Under the pieces are notes generated by a model, which saw nothing but the letters and a program-made list of their open reading frames with translations, searched no databases and was not told the origin of the DNA. A DNA stretch of 64,000 bases, taken from positions 81,863-145,862 of the IMG/VR virus record IMGVR_UViG_3300045988_118370; one strand, given 5' to 3'. This DNA comes from a virus. The position numbers were made by a program, and so were the translations under genes. Below, piece by piece: positions 36,979-46,660 of this stretch (position 1 is its first letter; the number at the start of each line of letters is the position of its first letter).

Positions 36979-37755
36979 TTAGCTCATGTTTACAACGGGA
37001 TTTTCCTTAATGTTTCGCATGAGCGCGCGCTGAAACTCGGTAGGCTTGGGGCGTTCCGCCGTGGGAGTTTTGAAAAGGGACTTTTCCATGGTCTTATGCT
37101 GTCGGACGCAATAGCGCAGAATCTCAACTTCAATGAGAACATCTTCAAGTCCCGTGTGGGATTCATCAAAGCTGTCCTCACCGCTGATAAAGCGATAAAG
37201 AATTTCTGCGGTAAAGCGGAGCTGTCCGTTCTTGGTCTTGTAGCCGTTCTTTTCGCAATAGTCGCGGTAAGTGGGCATTTTGCCGATAACCTGTCGCGCC
37301 ATTTTCAACGTGTCCCAAATTTCGAGGTCGTAGGGAAAGAAATAGCGATACTTGCTTTTCGTGTCCCATCTTTGCGCGTTGTTGCAGGCGTTAAGGTCGA
37401 ACCGCATATTATGAGCACAGACAAAAGAGCAGTTGTAGCGCTCGACACATTCGCAGAACGCAAGACGAATTTCGTAAAGGTCAGCCATAATGCGCGAACC
37501 GTTCTTAATGTCCTCAATGTAGCGAGGAATCTTGTCGGCGTAGTAGGCAGACCGCATGAGGTCGCGTTCGTAGCAGAAAATGTCGCGATTCACAAAGGAA
37601 TGAGTTTCATAAACATTTCCCTTGGAATCAATGACCGCCCAGCCGAAGTCGTAGGGAAGCACATTTGACATATCCAGCTTATCGCCATCCTGAATGGTGT
37701 TTGCGGTTTCCGTGTCCAGCATAATGCCGTAGTTTTTGCGCCTATCAATACCCAT
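36979..37755 (-). CDS. DnaQ-like (DEDD) 3'-5' exonuclease
   Basis: Exo I MLDTETAN, Exo II CAHNMRFDLN, Exo III HTGLEDV. Confidence 0.75.
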   Translation of the reverse strand: MGIDRRKNYGIMLDTETANTIQDGDKLDMSNVLPYDFGWAVIDSKGNVYETHSFVNRDIFCYERDLMRSAYYADKIPRYIEDIKNGSRIMADLYEIRLAFCECVERYNCSFVCAHNMRFDLNACNNAQRWDTKSKYRYFFPYDLEIWDTLKMARQVIGKMPTYRDYCEKNGYKTKNGQLRFTAEILYRFISGEDSFDESHTGLEDVLIEVEILRYCVRQHKTMEKSLFKTPTAERPKPTEFQRALMRNIKENPVVNMS

Positions 37756-37897
37756 CTTATCGTCTCCTATTGGAAAAGTAGATTGAGGTTTACCATCGTT
37801 CTCTCAACCTCTGATAATAGTATAGCACTTTGCTATTGGTTTGTCAACAGTTTTTTTTGTAGGGCAGGGGATTTTTTTATCCCCTGCCCTTTTCCCT

Positions 37898-38278
37898 TTA
37901 CGCGAGGGAGAAGTAGGACTTGCGCTTGTCAACCGTCTTGACAACGGTGTTGGCCTCAATCATCTGACGCAGAAGAGCGGAAACGCGCTGATTGGAGTAG
38001 TCCGCAAGCTCGGGAACGCCCTTGATGAGGTCGGTCACGGTATACAGCTTGTCAGGGTTTGCGGTCATCTCGTCCAGAATGACCTGCTTCACAGTGTCAT
38101 TCTCCATCTGCTTGGCCGTGGGCTTCTTGTCGCCCGCGTTCTTCTTGGCGAGCAGTTCAATCTCATGCTCGATGAACGCCACCATGTCAGGATTTGCCTG
38201 AACCTCGCTCATTTTGAGCAGAGCCTCGAAACGGTCGCGCTTGGTGAGCTTCTTAGTGGTAGAAGTAGAAGTAGCCAT
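37898..38278 (-). CDS. family-1 paralog (putative winged-helix protein, 126 aa)
   Basis: MATSTSTTKKLTKRDRFEALLKMSEVQ... with the same RBS as 35275..35652. Confidence 0.6.
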   Translation of the reverse strand: MATSTSTTKKLTKRDRFEALLKMSEVQANPDMVAFIEHEIELLAKKNAGDKKPTAKQMENDTVKQVILDEMTANPDKLYTVTDLIKGVPELADYSNQRVSALLRQMIEANTVVKTVDKRKSYFSLA

Positions 38279-38729
38279 AGTATCAATTCCTTTCTGGTTT
38301 TTAAGACTGTCCTTGTCTTTGATGTAGTTATTATACCATAAGCGGAGCAGGTTGTCAATAGTTTTTGCAAATTTTTTTTAGGGGCGGTCGCGAGGTTTAT
38401 TACTATACATCTTGTTTATACCTACCTTTATCTATACTCATAAACCAATTCATTTTACTAAACCAAATTAGTCTTTAAGGCGGTGGGCGAGCATTAGAAG
38501 TCATCTTGTTTTTACCTCTCTCATTTGATGTATTCATTATACCCTACGTAGAACGGTTTGTCAAGGGGTTTTTCAAACTTTTTTTGAAAGTTTGTTCGGC
38601 ACGCCACGCTTGGAACATTCCGTCGGATTTTGGTATAATGAATGGTCAAGGGAACTGCCTTTCCGAAGGTCTTACTCTTTCCTCCTGACATTATGTAGTA
38701 TAGCAGATTGGTAATGATTTGTCTATTGG

Positions 38730-38930
38730 TAAAATAGCTAAATAACGGGAAAAAATAAAATTGAAATTTGTGCGAAATTTCTCTTGACAAAAATGCTGGC
38801 AGGGTGTATAATGGTAAATTCCGGCCGTAGCGCGCGGAAACGGCCGGCCCATTATATCACATTCAAGGAATTTTGTCAATGGTCAAAGTAAACAAAAAAA
38901 TCTCCCCATTTTTGGGGAGATTTTCTTTTA
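38730..38930. promoter_or_regulatory. cassette copy 2
   Basis: TTGACA 38784-38789, 17-nt spacer, TATAAT 38807-38812. Hairpin ccggccgtagcgcgcggaaacggccgg. Revcomp promoter TTGACAAAATTCCTTGAATGTGATATAAT. Terminator tctccccatttttggggaga. Confidence 0.7.
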
Positions 38931-39185
38931 GCCAATCACACTGACTTCGGTTCTGACAGGCGTTACCATCTTGTCGCGCGAGAACTCGCGAACCTGACCT
39001 GTTTCAAGATTCACCGCGTAGCAATACTGCGAACCTCTCGACCGGACAAACGGCGTGTTGTTGTTGCTGTCAATTTTGAGATACATTCCCATACCGCTAC
39101 CGTTAGAGCGCAGAGTGGTGAACGTGCCACCGCTGAGAATGTTGATAATTTGGAGCTGACCCTTAGTGCCAAAATTTACTTTCAT
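38928..39185 (-). CDS. hypothetical protein (85 aa)
   Basis: ORF ending at the cassette terminator. Confidence 0.5.
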   Translation of the reverse strand: MKVNFGTKGQLQIINILSGGTFTTLRSNGSGMGMYLKIDSNNNTPFVRSRGSQYCYAVNLETGQVREFSRDKMVTPVRTEVSVIG

Positions 39186-39201
39186 TTTTATTTCTCCTCT
39201 C

Positions 39202-39345
39202 TTAAAGCAGATGTTCCTTGACCCATTTTGCGGTCACGGTCGCGCGTTCTTTGGTGATAACAGTTTCATAGATGAAAAGGTCGTCATCAATCTTTTCAAC
39301 TACTTTTCCGATGATTCCAACATCAACCCAAAAATAAGGCATCAT
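39202..39345 (-). CDS. small hypothetical protein (about 47 aa)
   Basis: Internal ATG MMPYFWVDVG.... The longer track ORF overlaps the upstream membrane gene. Confidence 0.3.
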   Translation of the reverse strand: MMPYFWVDVGIIGKVVEKIDDDLFIYETVITKERATVTAKWVKEHLL

Positions 39346-39350
39346 TTTTA

Positions 39351-39584
39351 TCACCCCTTTGAACCGACCGAGAAGATGGACTGCAAAAGCACGAGAATAA
39401 TCCAAATTGCGAGTGCCAGCTTCCACGAGAACACGATGACGAAAGTGCCGATTGCGGTAATACCGAGGGCGGGAAGAAGCCAACAGAGAAGCCAAACCAG
39501 ACCAGAGGTAGCAAGGAACGAAAATGCGAGAGACAGCAGAATCAAAAGAACAAACATTTTATTTTCCCCTTTCATTTGATACAT
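39351..39584 (-). CDS. small membrane protein (77 aa)
   Basis: Two TM helices. Confidence 0.5.
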   Translation of the reverse strand: MYQMKGENKMFVLLILLSLAFSFLATSGLVWLLCWLLPALGITAIGTFVIVFSWKLALAIWIILVLLQSIFSVGSKG

Positions 39585-39611
39585 TTATTATACCATTGGA
39601 GTAGGGTTTTG

Positions 39612-40112
39612 TCAAGCCCTTTTCTCCAAAAGTTCCGAAAGTTTTTCGATAATGTTTACTGCGGTTGGGTCAATGGTTTCACCCAAGTGCCAACCATTCC
39701 GAACCTTTTCATTATCGTCAACCAAGATGGACACGTCATAGCGGTCGCGCACGCTGTCGGCCTTAGTCGCGCCATATTGGACGCCGTGGAAGTGGTCATA
39801 GTGGAAGCCCTGTTCTTCAAGCCACGCGCGCTTTGCTTCACGCACGAGGTTTTTGTATTCCTCGCTCGAATCTTTGGAAAGCCAAGTGATGATGTTGATT
39901 TCCCAGCCCTCGGCGCGGAGAAGTTCGCAAACCTCATTCAATTCAGCCATATCACACATGGGAACGGCAGTCCGATAGGGCTTAGGATTTTCCGAACGGA
40001 GAAGTGCAAGCCAATCCTTGACGCCGTAGAGGTCAGCAATAGTGCCGTCCATGTCAAAGTTGATGGAACGTCGAGTGGCCACAACGTGGGACTTGATGTA
40101 AGTGATTTTCAT
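39612..40112 (-). CDS. HAD-superfamily 5'(3')-deoxyribonucleotidase-like phosphatase
   Basis: Motif I FDMDGTIADL of DxDxT type. Later conserved K and LVDDN. Confidence 0.7.
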   Translation of the reverse strand: MKITYIKSHVVATRRSINFDMDGTIADLYGVKDWLALLRSENPKPYRTAVPMCDMAELNEVCELLRAEGWEINIITWLSKDSSEEYKNLVREAKRAWLEEQGFHYDHFHGVQYGATKADSVRDRYDVSILVDDNEKVRNGWHLGETIDPTAVNIIEKLSELLEKRA

Positions 40113-40180
40113 AGGTATTACCCCTTTCCTTTACTGTATCTGTATTATACCATACATCTGCGCGGTTGTCAAGAGAAATT

Positions 40181-40471
40181 TTAGCAATTTCCCGCTTTAT
40201 TTATCCATTCTTTCCATTCATCTTTGGCAAACTTTTTATATTCTTCTTGCCAAATACCACCTGCAATGGCTTCTTTTACTGCATCATCAATAGAAAGATA
40301 TTGGTTGGGAAAAACAAAGTCATCACAAAAGAACCGAGTTCGACCAAAGAATTTGCGGTTAGGGCGGATAACTTCATCAACAGAGATATAGATTAGCCCA
40401 TATGATTCATCGTTGTATACCTTAACCTCAAAGGTTCTTCCCTCATATTCATAAGTTTTCGGCTTACTCAT
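40181..40471 (-). CDS. hypothetical protein (96 aa)
   Basis: ORF. Confidence 0.5.
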   Translation of the reverse strand: MSKPKTYEYEGRTFEVKVYNDESYGLIYISVDEVIRPNRKFFGRTRFFCDDFVFPNQYLSIDDAVKEAIAGGIWQEEYKKFAKDEWKEWINKAGNC

Positions 40472-40558
40472 AGCGTTTGCCCTCCTTTACTATGCTTGTA
40501 TTATACCACTATTGGATTTGCTTGTCAAGTATTTTTTTCAAAATTTTCGCGGTCTTTC

Positions 40559-40702
40559 TCAATACACGAAAGATAAGAAATTAAGCAAAATCAGCACAGG
40601 AATAGCGTAGACGATATTGAAAGAGTCCCACCCGAGACTTTCACAGGAATAGGCAAAAATAAAGCCAAAAACGAGGCCGAAAATGCCGATTAAAATAATC
40701 AT
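40559..40702 (-). CDS. small membrane protein (about 47 aa)
   Basis: Internal ATG with RBS AGAGGATTTAGA. ATGA overlap with the upstream stop. Confidence 0.4.
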   Translation of the reverse strand: MIILIGIFGLVFGFIFAYSCESLGWDSFNIVYAIPVLILLNFLSFVY

Positions 40703-40962
40703 TCTAAATCCTCTATATGACCGTAGTGTTCGTTGATATGCCATTCAAGATAGGTATTAGTCGCAATCTGAATTTCTCTATCTAACCAGTCGTAAAAGTC
40801 CTCGGGGTCGCGGGCCATGCGTTCGTCAATAATATCAGCAAGAGAAACGCGATGGGCGATAAACTCTGAAATATCAAGAGAATCCATAGAAGAAAGAAGT
40901 TCTTCTACACATTCTCCGCGAGTAGAGAACTTTTCAGTAGAAAAATCGTGAGTGTAATACAT
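40699..40962 (-). CDS. hypothetical protein (87 aa)
   Basis: ORF. Confidence 0.5.
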   Translation of the reverse strand: MYYTHDFSTEKFSTRGECVEELLSSMDSLDISEFIAHRVSLADIIDERMARDPEDFYDWLDREIQIATNTYLEWHINEHYGHIEDLE

Positions 40963-41039
40963 TGTTTGTATCCCCTTTCTTTACTGTATCCATAGTATAG
41001 CAGATTATTACATTCTTGTCTATTGGTAAAATACCCAAA

Positions 41040-41230
41040 TTCGGGAAAATAATTAGTTGGACTTTTGGCTAAATTTCCTATTGATAAATTGCTGAGATGG
41101 TGGTATAATGGAAATTCCGGCCGTGGCATGCGCAAACGGCCGGCCATTTTATCACACTATTGGATTTTTGTCAATAGGCAAAATAAATAAAATTTTGAGA
41201 CGAGATTTGGTTATCTCGTCTCAAAATATT
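41040..41230. promoter_or_regulatory. cassette copy 3
   Basis: TTGATA-N17-TATAAT (41080-41109). Hairpin ccggccgtggcatgcgcaaacggccgg. Revcomp promoter TTGACAAAAATCCAATAGTGTGATAAAAT. Terminator tttgagacgagatttggttatctcgtctcaaa. Confidence 0.65.
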
Positions 41231-41231
41231 T

Positions 41232-41684
41232 TTAACGTTCGGACACAATGCTGAGGTAGCGGACAATCATGTCCATTTCGCAACCCATGTCCTGCTGGTC
41301 GCAAACCGCATAACCCACAAGGTCGCCGTCCGCACAAATCGGGTAAACGCCATAAGTGTTATTGAAAACAAACGGCTTTCTTTTAAAATCCCACTGGGTC
41401 GAAACATAAGGCGGAAAGTTTTCCATACCCCGCAGTTTCACGGTAGTATCATAGATTGCGATGGGACGCAAACCGGAATTTGATGCCATTGTAATAGCGG
41501 TTCGCAGAGCTTCTTCGGTCAAAGAGCCAAGCACCGAATACCTCTGAAAACAAACGCAGTTGTCTTCTCCAAGGAAGATTTCAAGCGGGTCTCCCTCGCG
41601 AATCTTCAAAGTTCGGCGAATCTCTTTCGGAATGACCACACGTCCAAGGTCATCAATTCTGCGGATAATACCAGTAGCTTTCAT
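41232..41684 (-). CDS. SpoVT/AbrB-family transcriptional regulator-like protein
   Basis: N-terminus MKATGIIRRIDDLGRVVIPKEIRRTLKIREGDPLEIF resembles the AbrB swapped-hairpin domain MKSTGIVRKVDELGRVVIPIELRRTLGIAEKDALEIY. About 100-aa C-terminal domain, 150 aa total. Confidence 0.75.
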   Translation of the reverse strand: MKATGIIRRIDDLGRVVIPKEIRRTLKIREGDPLEIFLGEDNCVCFQRYSVLGSLTEEALRTAITMASNSGLRPIAIYDTTVKLRGMENFPPYVSTQWDFKRKPFVFNNTYGVYPICADGDLVGYAVCDQQDMGCEMDMIVRYLSIVSER

Positions 41685-41748
41685 TTTAATTTTCCCCTTT
41701 CACTTGATACGTTAAGTATAGCAGAACAAAAGGCTTTTGTCAAGCCCT

Positions 41749-42231
41749 TTATTCAAGATTTTTGCTTTCCGCGACAAAATATTTTGCTTCGTATTGATTG
41801 GCAATAGCCTTGACTTTTGCGCTTTCCTTTTGAGTTGCGCAGTAAAAATTGAAAAGCGTATGTTTATCGCTCAATTCAATGTAAGAGTGTGGAACATCAT
41901 GCAAATCAAAGTCAATGGTATTAGTGTATTTTGTCGGGACAGTTAGCTCGACTTTCCATAACCGGTCTTTGCGGGCTTTCTCTTCAATCCACTTGACAAA
42001 GTAAACGCCCACAAAATTACAAACAGCAGTAATAGCCATTTTTAACCAGATAGGCATACCGTCCGCGGAAGTCAGCACAATCACATAGGAATAAAATCCA
42101 TATGTGATGGCATTGATAAGAGAAGCACTAAACTTCCCGCCGTTGACAGTCAAGATGCTTTTGATAGTTGACAGAATCACATTCACCGCCGTGCAAAGCG
42201 CGAACAGAAGAATTGTATTCATTATTATCAC
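41749..42231 (-). CDS. membrane protein (160 aa)
   Basis: Several TM helices at the N-terminus. Confidence 0.5.
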   Translation of the reverse strand: MIIMNTILLFALCTAVNVILSTIKSILTVNGGKFSASLINAITYGFYSYVIVLTSADGMPIWLKMAITAVCNFVGVYFVKWIEEKARKDRLWKVELTVPTKYTNTIDFDLHDVPHSYIELSDKHTLFNFYCATQKESAKVKAIANQYEAKYFVAESKNLE

Positions 42232-42295
42232 CCTTTCCTTTTTCTATTATAATAATATCATATTATAATAGAAATGTCAATAGAGAGTTTTTAAT

Positions 42296-42454
42296 TTACT
42301 CTTTTAATTTTTCTAATAGGTCATCAGCACATTCATAGCTGATACTTCTGCGGTCGCACTCGTTGGACAAAGGACAACAAGCGCAGTCATTAAAGGTTTC
42401 CGTCCAAACGCGCAACCAGTCAATCAAACGCAAAGTGTTAACTTCCTCATACAT
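42296..42454 (-). CDS. small Cys-rich protein (52 aa)
   Basis: RBS GGAGAGTGATAACA before the ATG. MYEEVNTLRLIDWLRVWTETFNDCACCPLSNECD.... TAA stop. Confidence 0.35.
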   Translation of the reverse strand: MYEEVNTLRLIDWLRVWTETFNDCACCPLSNECDRRSISYECADDLLEKLKE

Positions 42455-42791
42455 TGTTATCACTCTCCTTTACTCGGACAAAAAAGACCTTGTTATAGAT
42501 TTTATTTGCTTTAAGGTCAATCCAAAAATACACGTTTCCGCATACTCGATAGATTTTACAAGTCTCTCCGCTAACCTTTTTAACTTCCTCAAACTTCTCT
42601 TGCGTGGTGGGGTGGAAAACCGTCAGTTTGAGAAATATGCAATAGAAAGCCAAAGGAACAAAGCCGATAATCAGAGCAATCCATGCGAGAACGTCAGTTA
42701 AGGTATTTTCCCATTCGCACCATTCATCGGTGATTGTAGCGAACGCAATACCCACGCAAAACGCGAGAATCAACCAATACCATGCCCCCAT
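42447..42791 (-). CDS. membrane protein (114 aa)
   Basis: Three TM helices. Confidence 0.5.
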   Translation of the reverse strand: MGAWYWLILAFCVGIAFATITDEWCEWENTLTDVLAWIALIIGFVPLAFYCIFLKLTVFHPTTQEKFEEVKKVSGETCKIYRVCGNVYFWIDLKANKIYNKVFFVRVKESDNNV

Positions 42792-42859
42792 TATTTTATT
42801 CCCCCTTTATTTGTTGTATACATCTTACCACATTATAGGATTTTTGTCTATTGGCATTT

Positions 42860-43015
42860 TACACAAAAATTCGTGCGAAAATTTGTTGAACTTACCTCTT
42901 GACAAAAAACTCGGCGCGCCACAATCGTCCGCGCGCCGACAATTTTATCACATTCAAGGAACTTTGTCAATAGTCAAAGTAAACAAAAAAAATCACCCAA
43001 TTTGGGTGATTTTTC
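42860..43015. promoter_or_regulatory. cassette copy 4 (plus-strand -35 present, -10 replaced by the hairpin)
   Basis: TTGACA 42899-42904, then hairpin cggcgcgccacaatcgtccgcgcgccg. Revcomp promoter TTGACAAAGTTCCTTGAATGTGATAAAAT. Terminator aaatcacccaatttgggtgattt. Confidence 0.6.
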
Positions 43016-43017
43016 AT

Positions 43018-43209
43018 TTAGTTTCCTACGGCTTCGAGGTCGACGAGAATGGGAACGAGCTTGTCTTCAAGAAGCGCGACACGCTCAATCATTTCATTTG
43101 CTGCTGTTCCGCCCGACGGGTATCTCTTCTGAATGCCGTATCGAGCCATTCTGCACACCGTTTCAACAACCTCGCTCAGTTTCTCATTTTTCATTTTTCT
43201 TATCTCCAT
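43018..43209 (-). CDS. hypothetical protein (63 aa)
   Basis: ORF. Confidence 0.45.
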   Translation of the reverse strand: MEIRKMKNEKLSEVVETVCRMARYGIQKRYPSGGTAANEMIERVALLEDKLVPILVDLEAVGN

Positions 43210-43306
43210 TCAATTTATTTTTTGGAAAGGGTGGCGGTTGTTTCAGGCACAACCGCCAAAGCCATAGGAAAGGGGGAGAAAAAACACGAACAAAAGTTCG
43301 GTTTTG

Positions 43307-43555
43307 TCAAGGGATAATCAGTTCCGCGTCATAGACAGGCCGAACCATGCAGGGCGCGCCAAAGCAGTCGAGATTGTAAGTGTCTAAATTGAGAGCGTTC
43401 CATTCTTCTGCACCGGTATCTTCATCAACCACAGTCGCGATTTTGATGTAATAGACGTTTCCAGAAGCAGGGTCTTGAAAAATCATACCCTCGGGGAGGT
43501 CTTCAAATGCAACCATTTTGTTGCTATGCTTAACAGTAATTTTCATTTCGTTCAC
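43307..43555 (-). CDS. hypothetical protein (82 aa)
   Basis: ORF. Confidence 0.5.
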   Translation of the reverse strand: MNEMKITVKHSNKMVAFEDLPEGMIFQDPASGNVYYIKIATVVDEDTGAEEWNALNLDTYNLDCFGAPCMVRPVYDAELIIP

Positions 43556-43908
43556 CCTTTATAATAGTATTTGTAAGCCCATTCAATGATTTCATGGCTT
43601 GTGGTAGTCCATTCCTCTTTGGGACTATCGAACTTTTCCGCATACTTTTTGATGTAGTTATTATACTCCATGCGCGCGGTGTCGTATGCTCCAATAGCCA
43701 CAATTAAAGCGTGTTTCGCTTCTTCGGCGTCGGAGACTGCTTTCTTGCGGTCGGGGCAGTCAGGATAAAGGTTAATCACCCCTACGCGCGTAATGGCTTG
43801 CCTTGTCTTTTCATAAAGGCGGTCGCGCTCTTCCCAAACCTTATAAAGCATTTCGTCTGTGTGATTCTCATAGGGATTGAATTTCTTTTCTTTTTTCTTA
43901 CCGAACAT
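43552..43908 (-). CDS. hypothetical basic protein (about 118 aa)
   Basis: Internal ATG (MFGKKKEKKFNPYEN...). The longer track ORF overlaps the upstream gene in another frame. Confidence 0.4.
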   Translation of the reverse strand: MFGKKKEKKFNPYENHTDEMLYKVWEERDRLYEKTRQAITRVGVINLYPDCPDRKKAVSDAEEAKHALIVAIGAYDTARMEYNNYIKKYAEKFDSPKEEWTTTSHEIIEWAYKYYYKG

Positions 43909-44236
43909 TTTTCTTTTTCTCCTTTTCCTGTTTATTCCACATTCTATCGAAGAACGCATTTGCGAGGACACGCTTGTAAAGGTTGTCAGGCATGGGGCGC
44001 TCACCGTGCTTGTTTCTCCATATCGCGGTGATTTTATCAATATCCGCGATATAGGCGGTAATGAGTGTGCCATCGGAAGCGCTACGAACGAGAAGAACGC
44101 CGGTTGTAGTGATAGTGTAGAGAATATCGTTCTCAACGCTGTCGATATATGGTTCGCCGATTCCTACATTATCGTAGATGAAGAGCAGACGGTCAATGCG
44201 GTCTTGCGTGGCGTGTTTTGACATTTTGATAAGCAT
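43898..44236 (-). CDS. hypothetical protein (about 112 aa)
   Basis: Internal ATG MLIKMSKH with RBS GAAAGAGGTAAAACAA. Confidence 0.4.
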   Translation of the reverse strand: MLIKMSKHATQDRIDRLLFIYDNVGIGEPYIDSVENDILYTITTTGVLLVRSASDGTLITAYIADIDKITAIWRNKHGERPMPDNLYKRVLANAFFDRMWNKQEKEKKKNVR

Positions 44237-44308
44237 TTGTTTTACCTCTTTCTTTTCCTCTTGGATTGATTGTATTATACCATATGGGGAGGGGCTTGTC
44301 AAGCCCCT

Positions 44309-44458
44309 TTAATATAATTGTTCCCCATCGTGGTAGCGCTCATATTCCGCTTCAAGGAAGTCGAGAATAGTTTCAAAGTCGTCTGCATCTGCGGGGTCTG
44401 CAAAGACCTTTTCAAGGACTTCGTTAGTGTGTCTGTTGTAAACTCGAATCATATCCAT
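44309..44458 (-). CDS. small acidic protein (49 aa)
   Basis: RBS GAAAGAGGTAAGTAAA before the ATG. MDMIRVYNRHTNEVLEKVFADPADADDF.... TAA stop. Confidence 0.35.
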   Translation of the reverse strand: MDMIRVYNRHTNEVLEKVFADPADADDFETILDFLEAEYERYHDGEQLY

Positions 44459-44527
44459 TTTACTTACCTCTTTCTTGATTGTATATGTATTATATCATGC
44501 GAAAGGGCTTTTGTCAAGCCCTTTTTA

Positions 44528-44734
44528 TCAGAAATGATAATTTCTGATGATGGCGTCGAACTTGGGAGCATATACGTTTTCCCACTGTTCTTCAAGAGTC
44601 TGGTCATTCGTGCGATATAATTCCCACGAGACTGCGCCATAAGCGTTATGCTTGAAAAACTCGGCGTCGCAGGGCATCTGCTCGGCATAGAGAAGCTGGG
44701 TCTTGATAAAAGAGTGAATGTTGTAGTTAGTCAT
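44528..44734 (-). CDS. hypothetical protein (about 68 aa)
   Basis: Internal ATG MTNYNIHSF with RBS GAGGT. Confidence 0.4.
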   Translation of the reverse strand: MTNYNIHSFIKTQLLYAEQMPCDAEFFKHNAYGAVSWELYRTNDQTLEEQWENVYAPKFDAIIRNYHF

Positions 44735-44819
44735 TTTATTTACCTCATCTTTCCGTTCCCCTTGGAACAATTATAGTATAGCAAATGCTTAGGCATTTGT
44801 CTATTGACGGATCACACAA

Positions 44820-45140
44820 AATTGGGAAAAATAATTTGTGCAAATTTTCGCAACTTTTTGCTTGACAAATTGCTGGCCCTGTGATATAATGGAAATTCCG
44901 GGCGCGTGGGCCGTGCGCGCCCGGCCGAACAACCATTGTTAAAATTTTAACAAAAATGAAATAGAAAGGGCGCGGTAATTATCGGCTACCGCGCAAACCA
45001 TAGTATGAAAAATTTGTTTACTACTTCAAGAGGCTTACCATTTCCTCTTGACATGATTATAATACCACAACGGGGCGAGTTTGTCAATAGTTTTTTGAAA
45101 AAAAATTTCAGGCGAGATAATTAAATCTCGCCTGAAAATT
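44820..45140. promoter_or_regulatory. cassette copy 5 (extended, carries a second 8-bp-stem hairpin)
   Basis: TTGACA 44862-44867, 17-nt spacer, TATAAT 44885-44890. Hairpin ccgggcgcgtgggccgtgcgcgcccgg. Extra hairpin gcgcggtaattatcggctaccgcgc. Revcomp promoter TTGACAAACTCGCCCCGTTGTGGTATTAT. Terminator tttcaggcgagataattaaatctcgcctgaaa. Confidence 0.65.
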
Positions 45141-45366
45141 ATACGTCCCACATGGCTTCCGCAATCCAGAAGTATTCATAGCGGAGTTTGGACTGAATCG
45201 CAAACAAGGCGTTCGCAAGTTCTCCGCCGTCTTTGTAGTCTTCCGCGTCTGAAAATTTCTGACTTTCTTTCGCAATTCTTTGAGCCAACTTTTCAAGGGC
45301 GTCTGCCTGTTCTCTCAAAGCCTGCGGGATAGGTTTTTCATTCATTATTTGTTTCCCCCTTTGCAA
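45139..45366 (-). CDS. hypothetical protein (75 aa)
   Basis: ORF. Confidence 0.5.
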   Translation of the reverse strand: MQRGKQIMNEKPIPQALREQADALEKLAQRIAKESQKFSDAEDYKDGGELANALFAIQSKLRYEYFWIAEAMWDV

Positions 45367-45694
45367 AGTTAGAGGTTAGCTCTAACGTATGTCCGCATTC
45401 ATCGCAATACCAATAGTAATAAACTGTTCCATACCGGCCATGAGAAGCATTTACAAATTTCATTTCATTTCCGCAGATGGAGCAATAGCCGTCATTCCAT
45501 GCTTTTTTGTCGGCATTGTGGTCAGCGACTACTGCGCCCGTCATGCCATAGCCAAGAGCGCACGAAATGAGAAGACCAACCAACAGTCTGACTACTGGGT
45601 GAGACTTTTCCATGTTGCACCAACAGACAAGGCAGACAAATAGCGCAAGGACTGCGCTAAAAATTCCGCCAACAATTAAAAATTCCGTTCCCAT
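45338..45694 (-). CDS. membrane protein with C-terminal zinc-ribbon (118 aa)
   Basis: Two TM helices, then CSICGN...YWYCDECGH. Confidence 0.5.
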   Translation of the reverse strand: MGTEFLIVGGIFSAVLALFVCLVCWCNMEKSHPVVRLLVGLLISCALGYGMTGAVVADHNADKKAWNDGYCSICGNEMKFVNASHGRYGTVYYYWYCDECGHTLELTSNFAKGETNNE

Positions 45695-45846
45695 TTTTAT
45701 TTCCCCTTTTCACATTTAATGCATTGAGCGTGTGTTCCGCACTTTCCATCGCAATAAGGACATTCCATTATTTTATTCCCCTTTCCTTTGATACATTAAG
45801 TATAGCAGAAAAAGGGCTTTTTGTCAAGCCCTTTTTCTTATTTTTT

Positions 45847-46209
45847 TTAATTTTCTTTTCTAATGGAATAGTAGGTTCGGCTTCCCTTTTTGGTGTAGGT
45901 CAACTTTTTGTCAATCCAACAAAGATGACCGCAATACCATGCAACGGTGGCGCAAGGATATTCTTTGCCTGTCTCACGGTAAAGAATAAACTGGATTTCC
46001 GTAGGGCACAGGGGCTTTTCCGCCTTTGAGAGAACGTCGAGCATCATGTTTTTCATCATGGTGTTGCGGATTTCCTGTTTCAGTTTCCGCGCTTCCTGAG
46101 CTTCCTCGAATTTCTGGCAAGCCCGTTCCGCCTGAAACACGTCCATTCCGGTGAAAGTGCCATCATCAAGGCATTTTCTCAAAAGACTATAAACTTCAAA
46201 GTTCATCAT
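45847..46209 (-). CDS. hypothetical protein (120 aa)
   Basis: ORF. Confidence 0.5.
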   Translation of the reverse strand: MMNFEVYSLLRKCLDDGTFTGMDVFQAERACQKFEEAQEARKLKQEIRNTMMKNMMLDVLSKAEKPLCPTEIQFILYRETGKEYPCATVAWYCGHLCWIDKKLTYTKKGSRTYYSIRKEN

Positions 46210-46312
46210 GTTAGCATTTCCCTTTCCTTTATTGTGCTTTTATTATAGCATCTGCTTTTGAATTTGTCAAGAAGTTTTTTGGAAAAAAGAGGGAAAAATT
46301 TTCCCTCTTTAT

Positions 46313-46585
46313 TTATCCCCAATAGATCGAAAGAACGTTGTCAATGTAGCTGGCTTTATAGCCATAATTCTGCATAATATCTTTGCAAGCCTGCCTGACG
46401 CCCTTGTCATTTAATGAAGCAAGAGAACACTCGTAAAGTGTTTCTCCCGTTCCTGCCACACGCTCAATTTCCGGCATGATGTGGTCTCCGATAAACGCAC
46501 GCGCGAGGGCATTATTTTTAGCTTGGATTTCTTTGCGGACTTCTTCGGCTTTGCGCGTCATTTCATAAGCATATTTAATTTCCAT
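46313..46585 (-). CDS. hypothetical protein (90 aa)
   Basis: ORF. Confidence 0.5.
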   Translation of the reverse strand: MEIKYAYEMTRKAEEVRKEIQAKNNALARAFIGDHIMPEIERVAGTGETLYECSLASLNDKGVRQACKDIMQNYGYKASYIDNVLSIYWG

Positions 46586-46660
46586 GGTGTTTCTCCCTTT
46601 CCTTTGATGCTTTTATTATAGCATAGAGGGCTTGTTTTGTCAAGCCCTCTATTTAATTTT

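Noticed and set aside
38521-38879. Track ORFs 38521..38790(-), 38691..38879(-) and 38506..38688(+)
   Set aside because: They span promoter and hairpin elements of cassette copy 2 and the gene-free segment. No RBS.
44745-44936. Track ORF 44745..44936(-)
   Set aside because: It lies inside cassette copy 5 across the promoter and hairpin. No RBS.
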